A DNA stretch of 64,000 nt, taken from Balanoglossus misakiensis. Its lineage: Eukaryota > Animalia > Hemichordata. Location of the stretch: NCBI GenBank assembly GCA_040954595.2, contig CM082590.2, positions 8,308,001 to 8,372,000 of the forward strand, read 5' to 3'. How positions within the stretch are numbered: the first letter of the stretch is position 1; every line of letters starts with the position of its first letter. Made by a program: the position numbers and the translations under genes. The notes beneath the pieces were generated by a model, which was not told the DNA's origin, did not search any database, and saw only the letters and a program-made list of their open reading frames with translations. This document shows, one piece after another, positions 1-13,300 of this stretch.

Positions 1-654
1 CCGGGGAGGGGGCATCTAGGGCTCGCATTTTAAGTCCTTTGCAGAAACACTCTTACTGCATAGGTACAAAATTGTCTTCAGAAGCTGTCACTCAATATAC
101 CTGGGAGGTCTAGGTGTGGAACCCCCTGCTTTAGAATACACATTGTTAGGAGTAACACCCCCGTTTCAATGTCGACTTTTCCTGTAGAAAGCCAAAAATA
201 TAACGGTCCTTGCAGATTAAACGCAATTGGCCAATTGGTGACATGACGTCAAAATATGCGATGATACACATAATATATTTTATGGAGTGACCTCGCCCTC
301 ATAAGCACCAAGTTTGGTGACGTCACTAGCCTTCTCTCAAGTACCTGCAAAGCCCAGGGCTTTCTTAAAGGGCTACAAAATCGCTCATCAAGTGTTTGAT
401 TTTCTCTGTCGGTATCTAATATCCGTAGGTCCACTTTTTCTAGGTCTCAGCAGATTTACAATAAAGTCTTATAGAATTCAATTTTGAAGTTGATTTCTAT
501 AATGTCCCATCATTGGCGAATCACTAGATTTGTTTTATCGCCACTGTGCTGTGTTACATCTAGCCTAAAATCCCATCACTAGTTGCGAAGTTGCGTATTC
601 ATTGGATGGTGGTCATTTTTCAAAGCGATCTGCTATCTAGTTTGGCGTGGTTAA

Positions 655-794
655 AAGTATACGGTCACCTATGGCCAATTAAGATCTGGCCAATCACAGA
701 TTTTCAGTGGTGGCACCATATGTTCTTTAGAACATTATAATACACAATTTTTGCCATTTATGGACATATATAAATTGGAGGTGTCTATGTGCCT
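655..794. mobile_element. Non-autonomous TTAA-flanked DNA element (Kolobok-like MITE family 1)
   Basis: ttaa-AAGTATACGGTCACC...TATGTGCCT-ttaa. Reverse-complement homologue at 53073-53253 and partial copy at ~47125-47244. Confidence 0.55.
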
Positions 795-2595
795 TTAACA
801 AATTGCAATGTCACTATGTTTGTAGTTTCGAAGTAATTTTCTTACAGATTTTTGCGCGTTGGTATGGAAACTGATTCTTACATCAAATCTATATTAAGTT
901 GGACGGGGTGATGCATGGTCTGCAGATGGTTCATCGACCACAGTTGGCCTTTATGTCAGGACAAATTTAAACGCCATGAAAGAAAACTAGCTTGGAATAC
1001 ACAGTTCACACTGCCAATTGTACAAACGGGAATCAACACAACAACCGATTTTCTATTTGAACAGTGGTTACCGGGGTGCAACTCTGGCGATTGTGGCAGC
1101 CCCAAATGGGGACAGATATCGCGCAGGCGCACCAAGCAGGTTCCATTCATGATCCAACAGAGTGGGTTATCACCTCCAGGCAATGCTCACTCACCAAAGA
1201 CCGTTGTGGTTCTTCACCCAAATGTGGTCGTTAATTGGCCTGGTGTGAATCCACCAGATTTAACATCACCACACAACACCAAACGTAGCAGTAAAACCTG
1301 AACACGCACTGGCCAATAGGCGATGAAATTGTTTGCCATCTTTCTGGTAAATAGAGTCTTTGACCTGTCTGACCATGCAGACCAGGTCTGGCGACTACAT
1401 CCACAGGTGATATACAACGACTGCCTCTGTGCCAATTACCCTGTTAAAATCAGCGCACGTCTAATACCCCAGAAACGACAGAAACGACCAAATCTACATG
1501 TCTGGTAATCAGAGCAGAAACTAAGCCTAGCGTCTGGTTAGAAGTTGTTTTATGTACATCCCCAGACGCGAACAACCATGAACAGAATTCCTTCACGTTC
1601 CCGCACACCCTTTCAACCCTGGGGTCTTACAAGCTACCGACGCAAGACTAGGTCATTCTTTGGGGGTTCTTTAAGATCTGAACACCACCCTTACGCACTG
1701 TGCTCTCCAAACAGAGCAGGCACACTCTCCAAAGAGCGGAGAAGATTATGCACTCCTGGCGGTTTTCTGAAGCACTCCACCGCTAACAAAGACTCACCTT
1801 GTCCGCTGACAATGGACCTGTGCGCACGGACAATACTCAGCGTTGACCCGGACCAGTGGCTTGCACTGCACTGCAGCCCCCTGTTCTTGTGTCCAATACC
1901 GAGAAACCACCAATGTTGAATTGTAGCATGGAAAACGGCCACTGGACGATAATCTTTGCCGCAGTTTCATGAAAATGACCCTTCCACAAGTGATGTATAA
2001 CAATTGTAAACATGCCTCTTGCAGTACAAGCTTAAGTCGCTGAACAAACACAGGTATATAAACAAGAAAATTCTTCAACTTCTGAAGTAGCGCATACCAT
2101 TATCAGGCAGGGGTTGAAGATGACGAGTCCATCAAGATGGGCCAATTCGCATTCTTATTATGTGCTTCGACATCTGGGATGAACAGATGGATATTGGCAA
2201 TGAGAATATAACGTTTTACGAGACTTTAAAAATAAACTTATTGCAAAAAAAAAATATTGTTTCGAGTGAAGTGTCTGAATTTTTCGTGAAGTCGACGGCG
2301 ATGATATGGTCGCTATACTAAATCAGTCCCACTCAACCCAAATAACCAAAGTTAAAAATTATCGATTATGGCTACTTATGTATCGCAGGAATCGATACTT
2401 GTATCTTTTGTGACATGAAATACAACTGTGTTAATAAATCTGCATGTTCATTTTGAATGCATCCTTAACCGCAGTTACTGAATTGACTGGAAGTTCCTCT
2501 TATTACCACACGCCCTCCACGACAGCATGCTGCTGCCAGTAACCGTGGAATTTTCAAAAACCATTGGGGGACTGGGGGGGGGGGGCTTACAAAAA

Positions 2596-2785
2596 AGTCC
2601 TATAGGACCCAAATAGGATTATACTTGGTCCAATAGGAATCCTACAGGAACTGAATAGGACAGCACTTGTCCTGTAGGAATGATGGTTGAAAGTCCTATC
2701 AGACAGTCCTTCAATATATAAAATTCCAATGGGATTTTTCAGTCCTATTGGACAGTCCTACTGTTCTTTAAATTCCAATGGGAAG
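2596..2785. repeat. Degenerate TCCTATAGGA / AATTCCAATGGGA repeat patch
   Basis: Multiple GTCCTA, TAGGA and ACAGTCCT motifs in both orientations; AAATTCCAATGGGA twice. Confidence 0.5.
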
Positions 2786-3277
2786 TAGCTATGTCAAAAA
2801 GTCAACTGCATTGTCTACTGTTGACCAGTCGAAAAAAGGATTAACCATGTAAACACAACCTCCACAACAGGTGGTGGAAAGAACTCAACAAACATGGCGG
2901 CCAATGAAAACAGAATCACTTGACGTAACCATGCCGATTGTTCACCGTTAAGCCAAGAAACGGGTCACCGTTATGTCAATACGCATTGTCCTTAGTCAAA
3001 CACCTTGACATCGAACTGCAGTATCATCAACAGTTTTGCACCATCACATAACATGCGCAGAGCAAACACATGTGTTGACAATTCAAAGATTGTGATATCA
3101 CAGTCACTGAAGCGACTGTGGTGATTATGTATGAGTGCATACGACCAGATGACGTCATAATTCACAATGTGGGAGTGCGATTTCTTTGCCTTTGCATACA
3201 TCATTTAGGCCTATACCCTGGTCAACATCTTCTTCAGTAAAAAAAACAGGCGTTGTGGAGGAAGTTCAAAACTTCAA

Positions 3278-3280
<3 letters not shown>

Positions 3281-3314
<34 letters not shown>

Positions 3315-3327
3315 CCACCACCACCGT
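3281..3327. repeat. (ATC)n/(ACC)n microsatellite
   Basis: Direct reading. Confidence 0.95.
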
Positions 3328-4804
3328 CATTGGCAAGAGAAAACCGCCCTCAGCGACAAATTACACCAATTCTTTTCTTAACGCCTCATTTGAATTATCA
3401 TCAATGCCTACACACGCGATGTCTGGGACGTGTTTTCAAAATGTAATAATTTCAGGAACTAGAAAATCTGTCAAAGAGAATAAGAGACAGTTTGTTTCGA
3501 TTACTTGGACCGCGTTCTTGTGTCACTAAGTGTCTGTACATTCGTATGAGTTTCTCTGTGACAATATCTCTCCCACTTTGCTATGCCAAGAAAATACAAC
3601 TTATATTACCTGACCCGGGCCGCATTTCTCTACAAGCGGTCTGATAAGGGAAGTTTTCCAATAAAGCAAATGGCACAGTTGCTAAGAAACCGCCGAGTTA
3701 TCAATGTGTGTTTTACTTCAGCCTAATCCCATCTAAACGACGGTTTAATTGTTCGGCGTGAGGCGAGGGCGCGAGTTTAAAGGTCGCCAGGTGGTATATT
3801 CGTCTGATCAATACATCGTGGTCCGATTTAGTATCGTCATAGAATATTTGCATCGATTTTAATTGGCAACTTTGCACCAATAAGCCGTAAACGGTAACCG
3901 ATACATTAATACAGCGGTGTGTACTTGACGACTGAAGTATGTGCTGAGCTCCAAAGAGACCAACGGCAGGCCATTTGACGGCTCGTGAGGGTTGGTTAAC
4001 CCGAAACTAATCAGCAACATCCGGCGGAAGGTTTGAAGCATCAACCGGGGTGAAAGCAGGCATTAATACTAATGAATTTTCAATGCGTATGCCACCCGAT
4101 ATGATTATGTTTATTGATTGCTAGGTGTCTGGTTGCCGAGCTGGACATGTAATAAGGAAAAGCAAACACAATATTCGATATCGCCTACACGGAATATTAG
4201 GTAAAGATTTGCAGCTAATGTACCCATTCTGCAGATTAAACAACCACACACACACGTCACTCAGAGAGCTCGGACGAGTGTCACAACAGATGAACTTTCC
4301 GAATGAAATTCCATGATCTATTGATATAAGTGAGATTTACGATCGTCGCACCAATTGATAAACGATGACCACTTCATCTAGAAAACTAGAGCACGCCTAA
4401 CAGTGACAAGTACAGCTACAGGACATTTATGGTACTCAATTTTATCCCTGACCAAACAAAGCAACCTCTTCAGAAACAGGTCACGCTAACATTATTCAGC
4501 AAACTTGCATTTTTCATTAAACGTGTATTTCTTCCACTCAAATCAGATTCCATTCCGATTTTTTTTTTCTAACAGGGGTACCCTTTACACATTATTCACA
4601 GTCGTGGTCTCTAAAAATTATTTGGCTGCACAGAACGTCAAGATGTGTGGCTGAACTCCTGTAAACGACACCAGGGCGTGGCTGGTTACCATCACTGACC
4701 CGTAAACTTATTACCAGAGTGTTTTAGAGGGATATCTAAATTACTACGGATTAAATTAACACAGCATGATATCATTGAAGATCGTATTAAAAAGCCTTTG
4801 CATA

Positions 4805-5155
4805 GTTTACAGACGTGGGAGATATTAGTTTACTTCCACTGGATGTATCAGACCTCTTTAATGATAACATTATTTACAATTAACAACTCTCCCTATGTAA
4901 TTTACTGACAGGTAATATAGTGGGGCAGGGTTAGCTTACTATTTTCGAAACACCTGACTTCACTTCCATGTCTTTTTGTAAGTTCACAGAAGTGGATGAT
5001 ATTAGTTTACTTCCACTGGATGTATCAGACCTCTTTAAAGATAACATTATTTACAATTAATAAACCTCCCTATGTAATTTACTGATAGGTAATATTGTGG
5101 GGCAGGGTTCGCTTACTATTTTCTAAACGCCTGAGTTCACTTCCAGGTCTTTTTA
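4805..5155. repeat. Tandem duplication, 177-bp period, two copies
   Basis: GATATTAGTTTACTTCCACTGGATGTATCAGACC starts at 4821 and at 4998. Confidence 0.85.
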
Positions 5156-8100
5156 GCCTGAAGTCCACCTTTCTTTCTTTCTTATACAGACTTGATTTTG
5201 TTCTGTATGTTTTATTGATTGTCTGTGCTGTACTGTATCGTTTAGTGACTATCTGTCTTTACAACGGGCCAAAAAAATACCGTATATTTGACCTATGAAC
5301 TTTAGAAATGGATGCGTATGATCGTAATTATTGAAAGCAATTTGAAACAGAGCAAAGCACAAAATACATCTAGTTGTTTTAGGGCTGACACTCAAAATAT
5401 CCACACACAACATCTTTATTAGGTTACAATTACAAAGCTTCTGTGCAACCTCTATTACGTACTGGGCACACCGAACCATGTCTGGCAACGGCCAATGACC
5501 TTTGACCTGTCACGCATGACTAGTTAACCAATTCCATAATGCCCATCAGCTGTAATGCCATAGCTTATCTCTAAATTAAACTGGTAACATTGTAATTACT
5601 CTGAAATCTAATATTAAATGGCTTGACCGAGGCTACGTGAACCGTTAACAGACTTGGAATTCGGGACAGGAGTCGTGTTACCGCGGTGACGATCGACCGC
5701 CACCTACGGCGACCTACTGAACTATGACTTCCGGCCGTTTACTCAGAATGACTGCACTATACAGAAATGTAAATTTGGTAAAGCTGTCTGTACTGTCTCA
5801 TGGCAAGATAAGATACCATAAGTGAAAGCACTGCACCCAAATGACGAATTATAAATATACAACTGTGTGCATGTTCTCACGCTATGTCACCTACAAAGGT
5901 CAAGATCAAATTATGATTTAGATACTTCTGCATGATCGCGGTATGAATACTTTGAATACTCATAGCTCCTGGCATGCGGAGAGGTCAGGAACTTTGAGAG
6001 AGAGAGAAAAAAAAATGAGGATCGAATATTAAACATAAAGTCAGAGACTATAACATTCCCCGAGCCATGTCGAGTCGCTAACTGCTGTTTAACACATCCG
6101 AAGTACCAATAATACCAAACAAAAAATTGATTATATTTAACTTAGACTTGGGGAACTATTTCAGTTTCATTTCCCCTTTTTCCGTTTCACTTTCCTAATG
6201 GTGAGGCTGATCTGGGTCACAACGACATTACAAGTGTTACAGGGACTGGATCTGTTCACGTCATTTACATTATTTTAACTTATTTATCTCTGAATTAAAC
6301 TGGTTACATTTTAATTAGAGGAGAACCATTTAAATTCTTGGGTGGTTGAATTTTTTTTTGAGAATGTTGTCAGATGGTGCAGAGGAAAAAAATGATTCAG
6401 CATTGCCTTGAGAAAAATGGTGGACTGGCAATGGAAAAATAAATTGCTGTAACAGTGGCTGAAAAAATGCTGACATACCCAAATATTCCACATGGTTCTC
6501 TCCTTATAAATGACTACATTGTGCTCTGATGGTGGAGACGTTATGGACAGTGCTCGTAGATCTCATAGATTGTGTAATGGCTGGACTCTCCAGGGAGTTC
6601 AAGGATGTCTGGCGAGTAAATTCTGTTCTTAAATGTCAAATATTTCACAGATTTGTTGACTTTGCTATCAACATCTGACTTGGCCTTCCCTGGGGCGGTT
6701 TAGGGGTCGCGTCAACTTGTTCAATTTATTGGGAGAGACACTTGATTTCTGGGAGGTGAAGGATTTGAGAAACATTTCTTTGACAGCCTTTAGAGACGCC
6801 ATGCACCAAATGTGTTTCGTTTATTCAGACAAAACCGTCTTTAGAAATATACGGATCTATACCAGGACCTGACCTGGCTATCCAGATAGGACAATCTGGA
6901 CGCCATAGTCGTCATGGTACCGGCGACATACATCAGATTGTCGTTGGGGCTTTCTGGACAGGATACTGCAGAACTGATACGACATTTCCGAATGACAACT
7001 ACTCAGTCATGCGTTAATGAGTTGTGACGTAAAACAACAAGCTGCCAGTGAACTTAATTAAAACGCAGACACATTTATATCATAGTTCTGACAATAAAAT
7101 GTCAATTTAAATACTTGCAACTTTGTCTTTTACGCATGGCCAGTAATTAGCCTATCATCCGCACAGTCTATGAGTGCCAGTCAGAATTGTTATTCTTGAA
7201 AACTGACAGGAACTCGTTTGTTAGCTACTGTAAAGGTCGTTACGCATATAAAGGCCATGTCAACAGGCAGACTACAGCTAGGGCCCTTTAGCACGACTTA
7301 ATAGAAATCATCAATACTGGAAAATAGCTAAAAATTTGGAAGTTTTATTCACTCAAGCCAAACCTTGTCTACAAATTGTCAGATCACTACCAGACGGAGA
7401 AGTTATACAGCACTTTGTAAGATTGGAACTGAGAAAGGCACTCACGAAGCTTGCCAGGCAGCGATGCAGATATCAGCCAGGAATTCGAGACCCCGCACAT
7501 ATCTGTGCTTGATTAGTAGGTTCTGATTTACGAGTTACAGTATCGCTGCGACAGGCAAAAATAAATCCACCCGCGCTCGATAGATTTATCGGTGGTAATT
7601 GCAACGGGGTCACGTGACCGATAAACCAGTTGCTCTTGCCCTGGTCATACTTTTATTTATGAGAAACTATCGTTCTGTCTGCTTTGCTTTAATTGGCGTT
7701 TCGCGTGAAGTTGTTTCAATTCAAGTTATTTATACTTTACACGGTAAACGATATCGTATTTGGTACCAAAAGCTTTAACCATAGACAGTAGTACTGTCTA
7801 TGCTTTAATACAGTTTATATTACATTAACTGCCAGATCAATTGCATAACTATTAGCATATTAAAAAGCTCTGACTGCAAGAATCTTATCTTTCCGGATCA
7901 AAATGTGACCGTATTGACCAACGAATTGATGTAAGTTTGCACCCTATCATTTTTGATTGTAGCGATTACCCGGTGCGGAAGAAGAAGTTTGCATACCTGT
8001 GTTGTGCAGTCAGAACCCTTGACACTGCAAAACTACGTCTGCGCACACAAAGGTTGGACAGACATCTGGGTCATGTGACACAACGCAAATTACTACAGTC

Positions 8101-10356
8101 CAAATTTAGTTTTCGTATTAATTTTGACCAAATATTCTATATTCTCTTGCAGTTTGCTGTTTGACAAGAAATTACCATAACACCGACAGCATCTTTCCAA
8201 ATCGTTATGTTGTTTTATTTTGGGGAACTACAACTTTTGTCTGACGACAAAACTACGTCGGCGGCCATTTTGAATCGAGACTAAATATTAGCATAGCGTC
8301 AACTCAACTGATACATTTCAAAATAGTCACTTCATTGTTGACAAAATTGGCTTTCAACGGACTATTTGCTGCGCGTAGTGATACGACCTTGAGAACGGCA
8401 AACTGTTCTGATAAGAGTGTTCTTTCCGGTGTAATCTTCTCCAGATATTTTTGGAATATTATGGATTTAAAGAGACCCAGTTAACTATGCAAATTTAGCC
8501 ACTCTTACCATGAGTGATGATTAAAGTTCTTGGTGTATCTTAACGATATTATGATACACACTTTCCTGAAATTCACATCATCATACATGTATGTTATATA
8601 CATAAAACACACATACATGTCAGTAAAATTGTATATCTCGATCATGTATGTTAATAGCAACAAGTTATGCAACTGTTCCAGACAAGTTTTACACTGTATC
8701 CAATGCTGATTAATAGGCAATATTTCTACTTAAACTGTTGATATCAATACTGTCAGATTGTCAATCTGTTTTAGACTTAAATAGTGGACCACCCACTTGC
8801 ACATGCGCAAAACCAACCATCCACAAAGACCATAAGGTTACTGACACGACAGGTTATAGATACACACTAAAAGCCCTTAAAAATAAACAATACAGCCATT
8901 TTGCTCTGAAATCGTAATCACATCTTGGTATGAATAATTTGACAATATTTGGCTAACTTAAATGACCTACAGACGCGTGGATTTTATTTCATTCTCTTCA
9001 AGACGGACGAGAACTTACAAAGTTCGCGTCGGCATATAAAATTGTGACTTTTTGATTTCAGCATATTCATTATATTAAACGCGTTATATTCGCCAAGCCA
9101 GGTATGAGATAATTCTTCCATCTTGTACCAATTCTCGAAAATATGTAGTTTTGGTGTAATCTCGTTTATTTTATCGACATACGTCGTATTACAATTACCA
9201 GCCAAAATGAAGTCCGATAGCGTTGGTGTTTTAACTGTATAAGGTAGGGCTGAATTTATTCCTGCGAGGATGAAATACAGTAGAATAGTACTAACTATAT
9301 ATTGACGTATTTAAAAAGTGTATTAAACCTCGCCTGTTGACCTACTGGCCGGCGGAATACGTAACACATGTCACTGTCAGGGCAGCTGATTAGGAGTTCG
9401 TCTGCCGACCCAAATACACTCCGTCGGTATGCCATACAGATTTGAAAAATAAAAGAGTTTTAAAACTTGTTTCTGGGGAATCGATCAGAATTCCGTTTTG
9501 CATACCAAAAGATGAGTCATATCCAACAAAATTGTCACTAGGATATTTATCTTAATTATTTGGTTTATCAAAATTGTCATATCTAAGAGTTGTAATATCA
9601 GTTTTTCATTCATTTCAAGAAGTTTTATCGAGTTCTTTGGTGTTTATAGTTTAAAACCGTACCGCAGTAAAATCGTACGTCAACTTTCAACGTCAAACTA
9701 TTAAAGCATTCTTTATATCTAATTTTAAAGGGGTTTTAAATCCTCAAGGTCATTTGTCGGTATCAGATGAGAACCAATATGGTTGTTGGGGGCACGCAGA
9801 ACCGGAAATCATAGAGAACTCGGTCACCGACCAGGGATTGGCTTATCACGGATATCATCTCTATCGTCAATGAAGGCCCGTACGTCCGGTCTTACTAACC
9901 AGCGCCCTTTGCTGACGACGAAATGATACAGTTCGACAGAAGAAAATGTCGCTGAAAACTACAGTGGGGAAACCTCTGCGGTTGTTCAGCCAGTCGAAGT
10001 TGAAAAATTCTGGCCTTGCCGACTTAATGATTATTTTACCATACCACACACAGCTTGGTGGGAACTGGGGAAGTGTGTGTAGCGAATAGAGATCGAGATA
10101 CCCCACAGGGCCTCTGCGCTTAACATTATAAATGCTGAAGGAACTTCAGTGTATTATTCAGGCCACTCTATAATTACACAAACCGTCCTCAGCCAAACTT
10201 AAGTGGACACCCAGACGCCGGACCTAAACGTTCTCTCACCTTTCCTGAAAGCTTTTCCGTTCACCATGATGACGTCACCGCAATCCCGGTCAACATTCCG
10301 ATGGTCGGGAAAGCTAGACGTCGATACAGCCATGGCATTCTTCCGCATACTCTGGA

Positions 10357-13300
10357 ATGGTAGAAAACTTTCCCCGGGAAGTTTTTTTGGTGTTTCCCAC
10401 GGTCATTCCAACATGGCTGGTGGTGTGTATACTGTCAGGTGAGATTGTGTATATCAACACATATCGGCCAGAGATTACCCGTGGTTCCATTGGTTAATGA
10501 TTGGCCCAGTTTATGGTGCCCCCAAACTTGGCTCGGGTTCACACACACACACATCACTGCCAGCCAGCGAACTGGGTGAGAGATTAAATTGCCGGCCAAA
10601 GGTCACCGTCTCATGTTACACACGCGGGAGGTCACCCGAGATGCGTATCTTTCAACGGTGATGGCGCATTGGAAGGCCGAGTGTCCTAGCTGCTGCTGAG
10701 TGATGGACGTACAACGACACTTCACTGAATGATAAACTATATTTTCAGTAAAGACAGCCTAACCTGTCAATAGTGGCCAGTCAAGGGACTTTCCTAAATT
10801 GGCCTTAATAGACAATCGGCTTTATAAGTTCATCACTGCACAATGTGCGAATTAGTGCACGGGGAAAGTCAAACCAGTCTATAGTGGCCAGTCAAAGGAC
10901 TTTCCTAAACTGGCCTTTATAGACAGGTTGCCTTCATAGACAGGTCAGTTAATGGACTGTAACAGGGACTGTAACAAAGTGGCCACTATATAGAGGTGGC
11001 CACTAACGCAGGTTTGACTGCACAAGAAGCATGGGGCAGAGGTTTTTGAGGAGAAATACCGGTACAGTGTATAGTCAAACAAAACTGACCAGTGCCAGTC
11101 GGCTGACAGTACTGTAGCCTCTCTTATGTAATAAGTATCTACTGAGAAGTTTTAAACGGAATGACATGACATTAAACAACAACAACAAAACCCGTTTACA
11201 GTTGTATTTCTTAAAATTACCACGGACCATAATTACAACAAGAAAGTGTGAGACCACAAGTGCTATTGGTATTCAAAGCAAAAATGGTGGTTAAAATAAT
11301 ACAAGTATGTGTTTTTACTGAAAAAGTGACCTCAAAGCTACCAAATTATGTAGAAATCTGGACTGAACGTCCCCTTTAATCCATAAGAGTTTCAACGATA
11401 TGACAACATATAGTGTAACCACAGTGACGTGTGGACTGGTGTTATGTTGGGACAACAGCAGCGCCCCCAGAAGACCACTTTCAGGAATGTCTGACTCATA
11501 CCCGATTACGTAACAACCACTTTACCTTTATTGTTTACATGTAAATGTCCTTGTTTGACGTTCCGAATAAACAAGCAGCTGCACAACAAAGGGAGATAGA
11601 GGCGTCATTGTCGCCCGACTTAAAAATCAAACCACGAGGAGTACAATTTGCGCGGAAATCTACCCTTTTTCTGGGTCCTTGATGATTTAAAAGGAAAGGA
11701 CATAGAAAACCAGGGAAGCGGGAGCCCCCTCCTTTTGCTGGTATAAACACAGGACACCGGACTAACACATAACATGGCTGCCTGGAATGCACTACTGTCA
11801 CTGTTGGGTGTGTCTATGATCACCTGTGTTCAAAGTGACAACCTGTGTAGAAGACCTTACATGTAAGTACAATATTTATTTTGACTATCACCAATGTGTT
11901 TAGCACCACCAACACATCTGGTCAATGAAATCCATATCACCTCATGGAGAAAGATTGCAGACAGAGAATGTTCCATTGTTCAATTTAATGTAAGCCATTG
12001 AAAGTGAACTACACACATGCTAATATGATGGGAACTACCCTGCCATTGTAATATCCCAGAACAGACGCCCTAAAAATAATTTCACCAGCTCGAAAATCAA
12101 TACATTTACTATCAAATGAAATATTTCATGTGTGGGAAACGTTGTACAATTTATCATTTCAACAGATATGACTAAGTCATGGTGAATTTGAATAGGTCGG
12201 CGTTTCGTTAGCAATCATCCTGACCGTGACCCAATGCAAAAACGCTGTCGCCCAAAACGCTGTACAACCAGTTCACTGCATGTATTAAAATAAAAACATC
12301 GCCAAGTGCATTTAGGGAAACCAGCCAGCTTCTGTCATGACACTTGTTGATTCTACTGTTGACTCATATAGTCTGTGACGGTACGAACGATCACTAATCA
12401 CAAACCCTAAGCCTGAGGACAAAATATTATATAACTGCTGTCCACACCCTGGTATTATTGTCAGTGCCAGGCGGTGATAAGCAATTCGTTTGACGCAAAT
12501 ATACATACTTTCCTGAGATTGAAACTACATGTGGGCTATTGACTGCACGCAACATGATATATACTATGTTACTTGTTTAGTCTCAGGAAAGGCCCTCGAC
12601 ATAGTCATAGGAAGCATTCAAAACCGAAAGACAAAAGCCACCTATAATGTCGTGTGAATTACCTAAGTAGACAGCGAAATGGGAGAAACGATACTTAAGG
12701 ACATGCCTCCAACTTCAGCCAATATAAAGCGTATATGGGAAAAAAATTCTCAGAGATAGTAATACATAAAATTATTTTTCAGAGAATGGGGTGGATCTTA
12801 TGATTATGATTACTCAAGCAATGTACACAATGAGTGGTCATCAGGACTGGCGTGAGTTGTCAATTAAACTAATTATGTGTGACCATTTGATTATTAACGC
12901 CAACTAACAACAATCCAAACATCGTCATCTTCACGTTACTATTTATATATCATCAGTATTTATGCGTATTTAACATTGAACAAATAACCTTACTAATTAC
13001 ACTACTAATATAATTTGGCCACAAAATACCCACGCATGTGTCACAGTAATTTAATCACAGAAAACCCCAAAAACTAAAACTTGTATAGATATCAAGACCA
13101 AATATTACCGACCAAGCCAATAGCATGTACCGGTACTCCTAAACCAAAGCAAGGCCAATTGTTGCATGTACTTGGACGATTATCGTCAGTTCTTAAATAT
13201 AACTGCGTCTGTGAGAGATAGTTAAAGTGTCGTCGTGTAAACGAATTTTGCGCATGGTCTTGTAATATTATCGCGGAATTGGTTGAGGCTCAGATCTGAC

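Noticed and set aside
850-2200. Several 60-130 aa ORFs on both strands in moderately GC-rich sequence
   Set aside because: No recognisable domain or consistent exon chain; possibly decayed transposon or pseudogene sequence. Needs a database search.
6829-7017. AG-preceded 62-codon open stretch (TKPSLEIYG...NYSVMR)
   Set aside because: No partner exons or recognisable motif found.
10270-10277. Perfect CRE TGACGTCA upstream of A (and at 59570-59577 upstream of E)
   Set aside because: The same 8-mer recurs at non-promoter positions (~244, ~318, ~3150, ~15342), so it is not discriminating.
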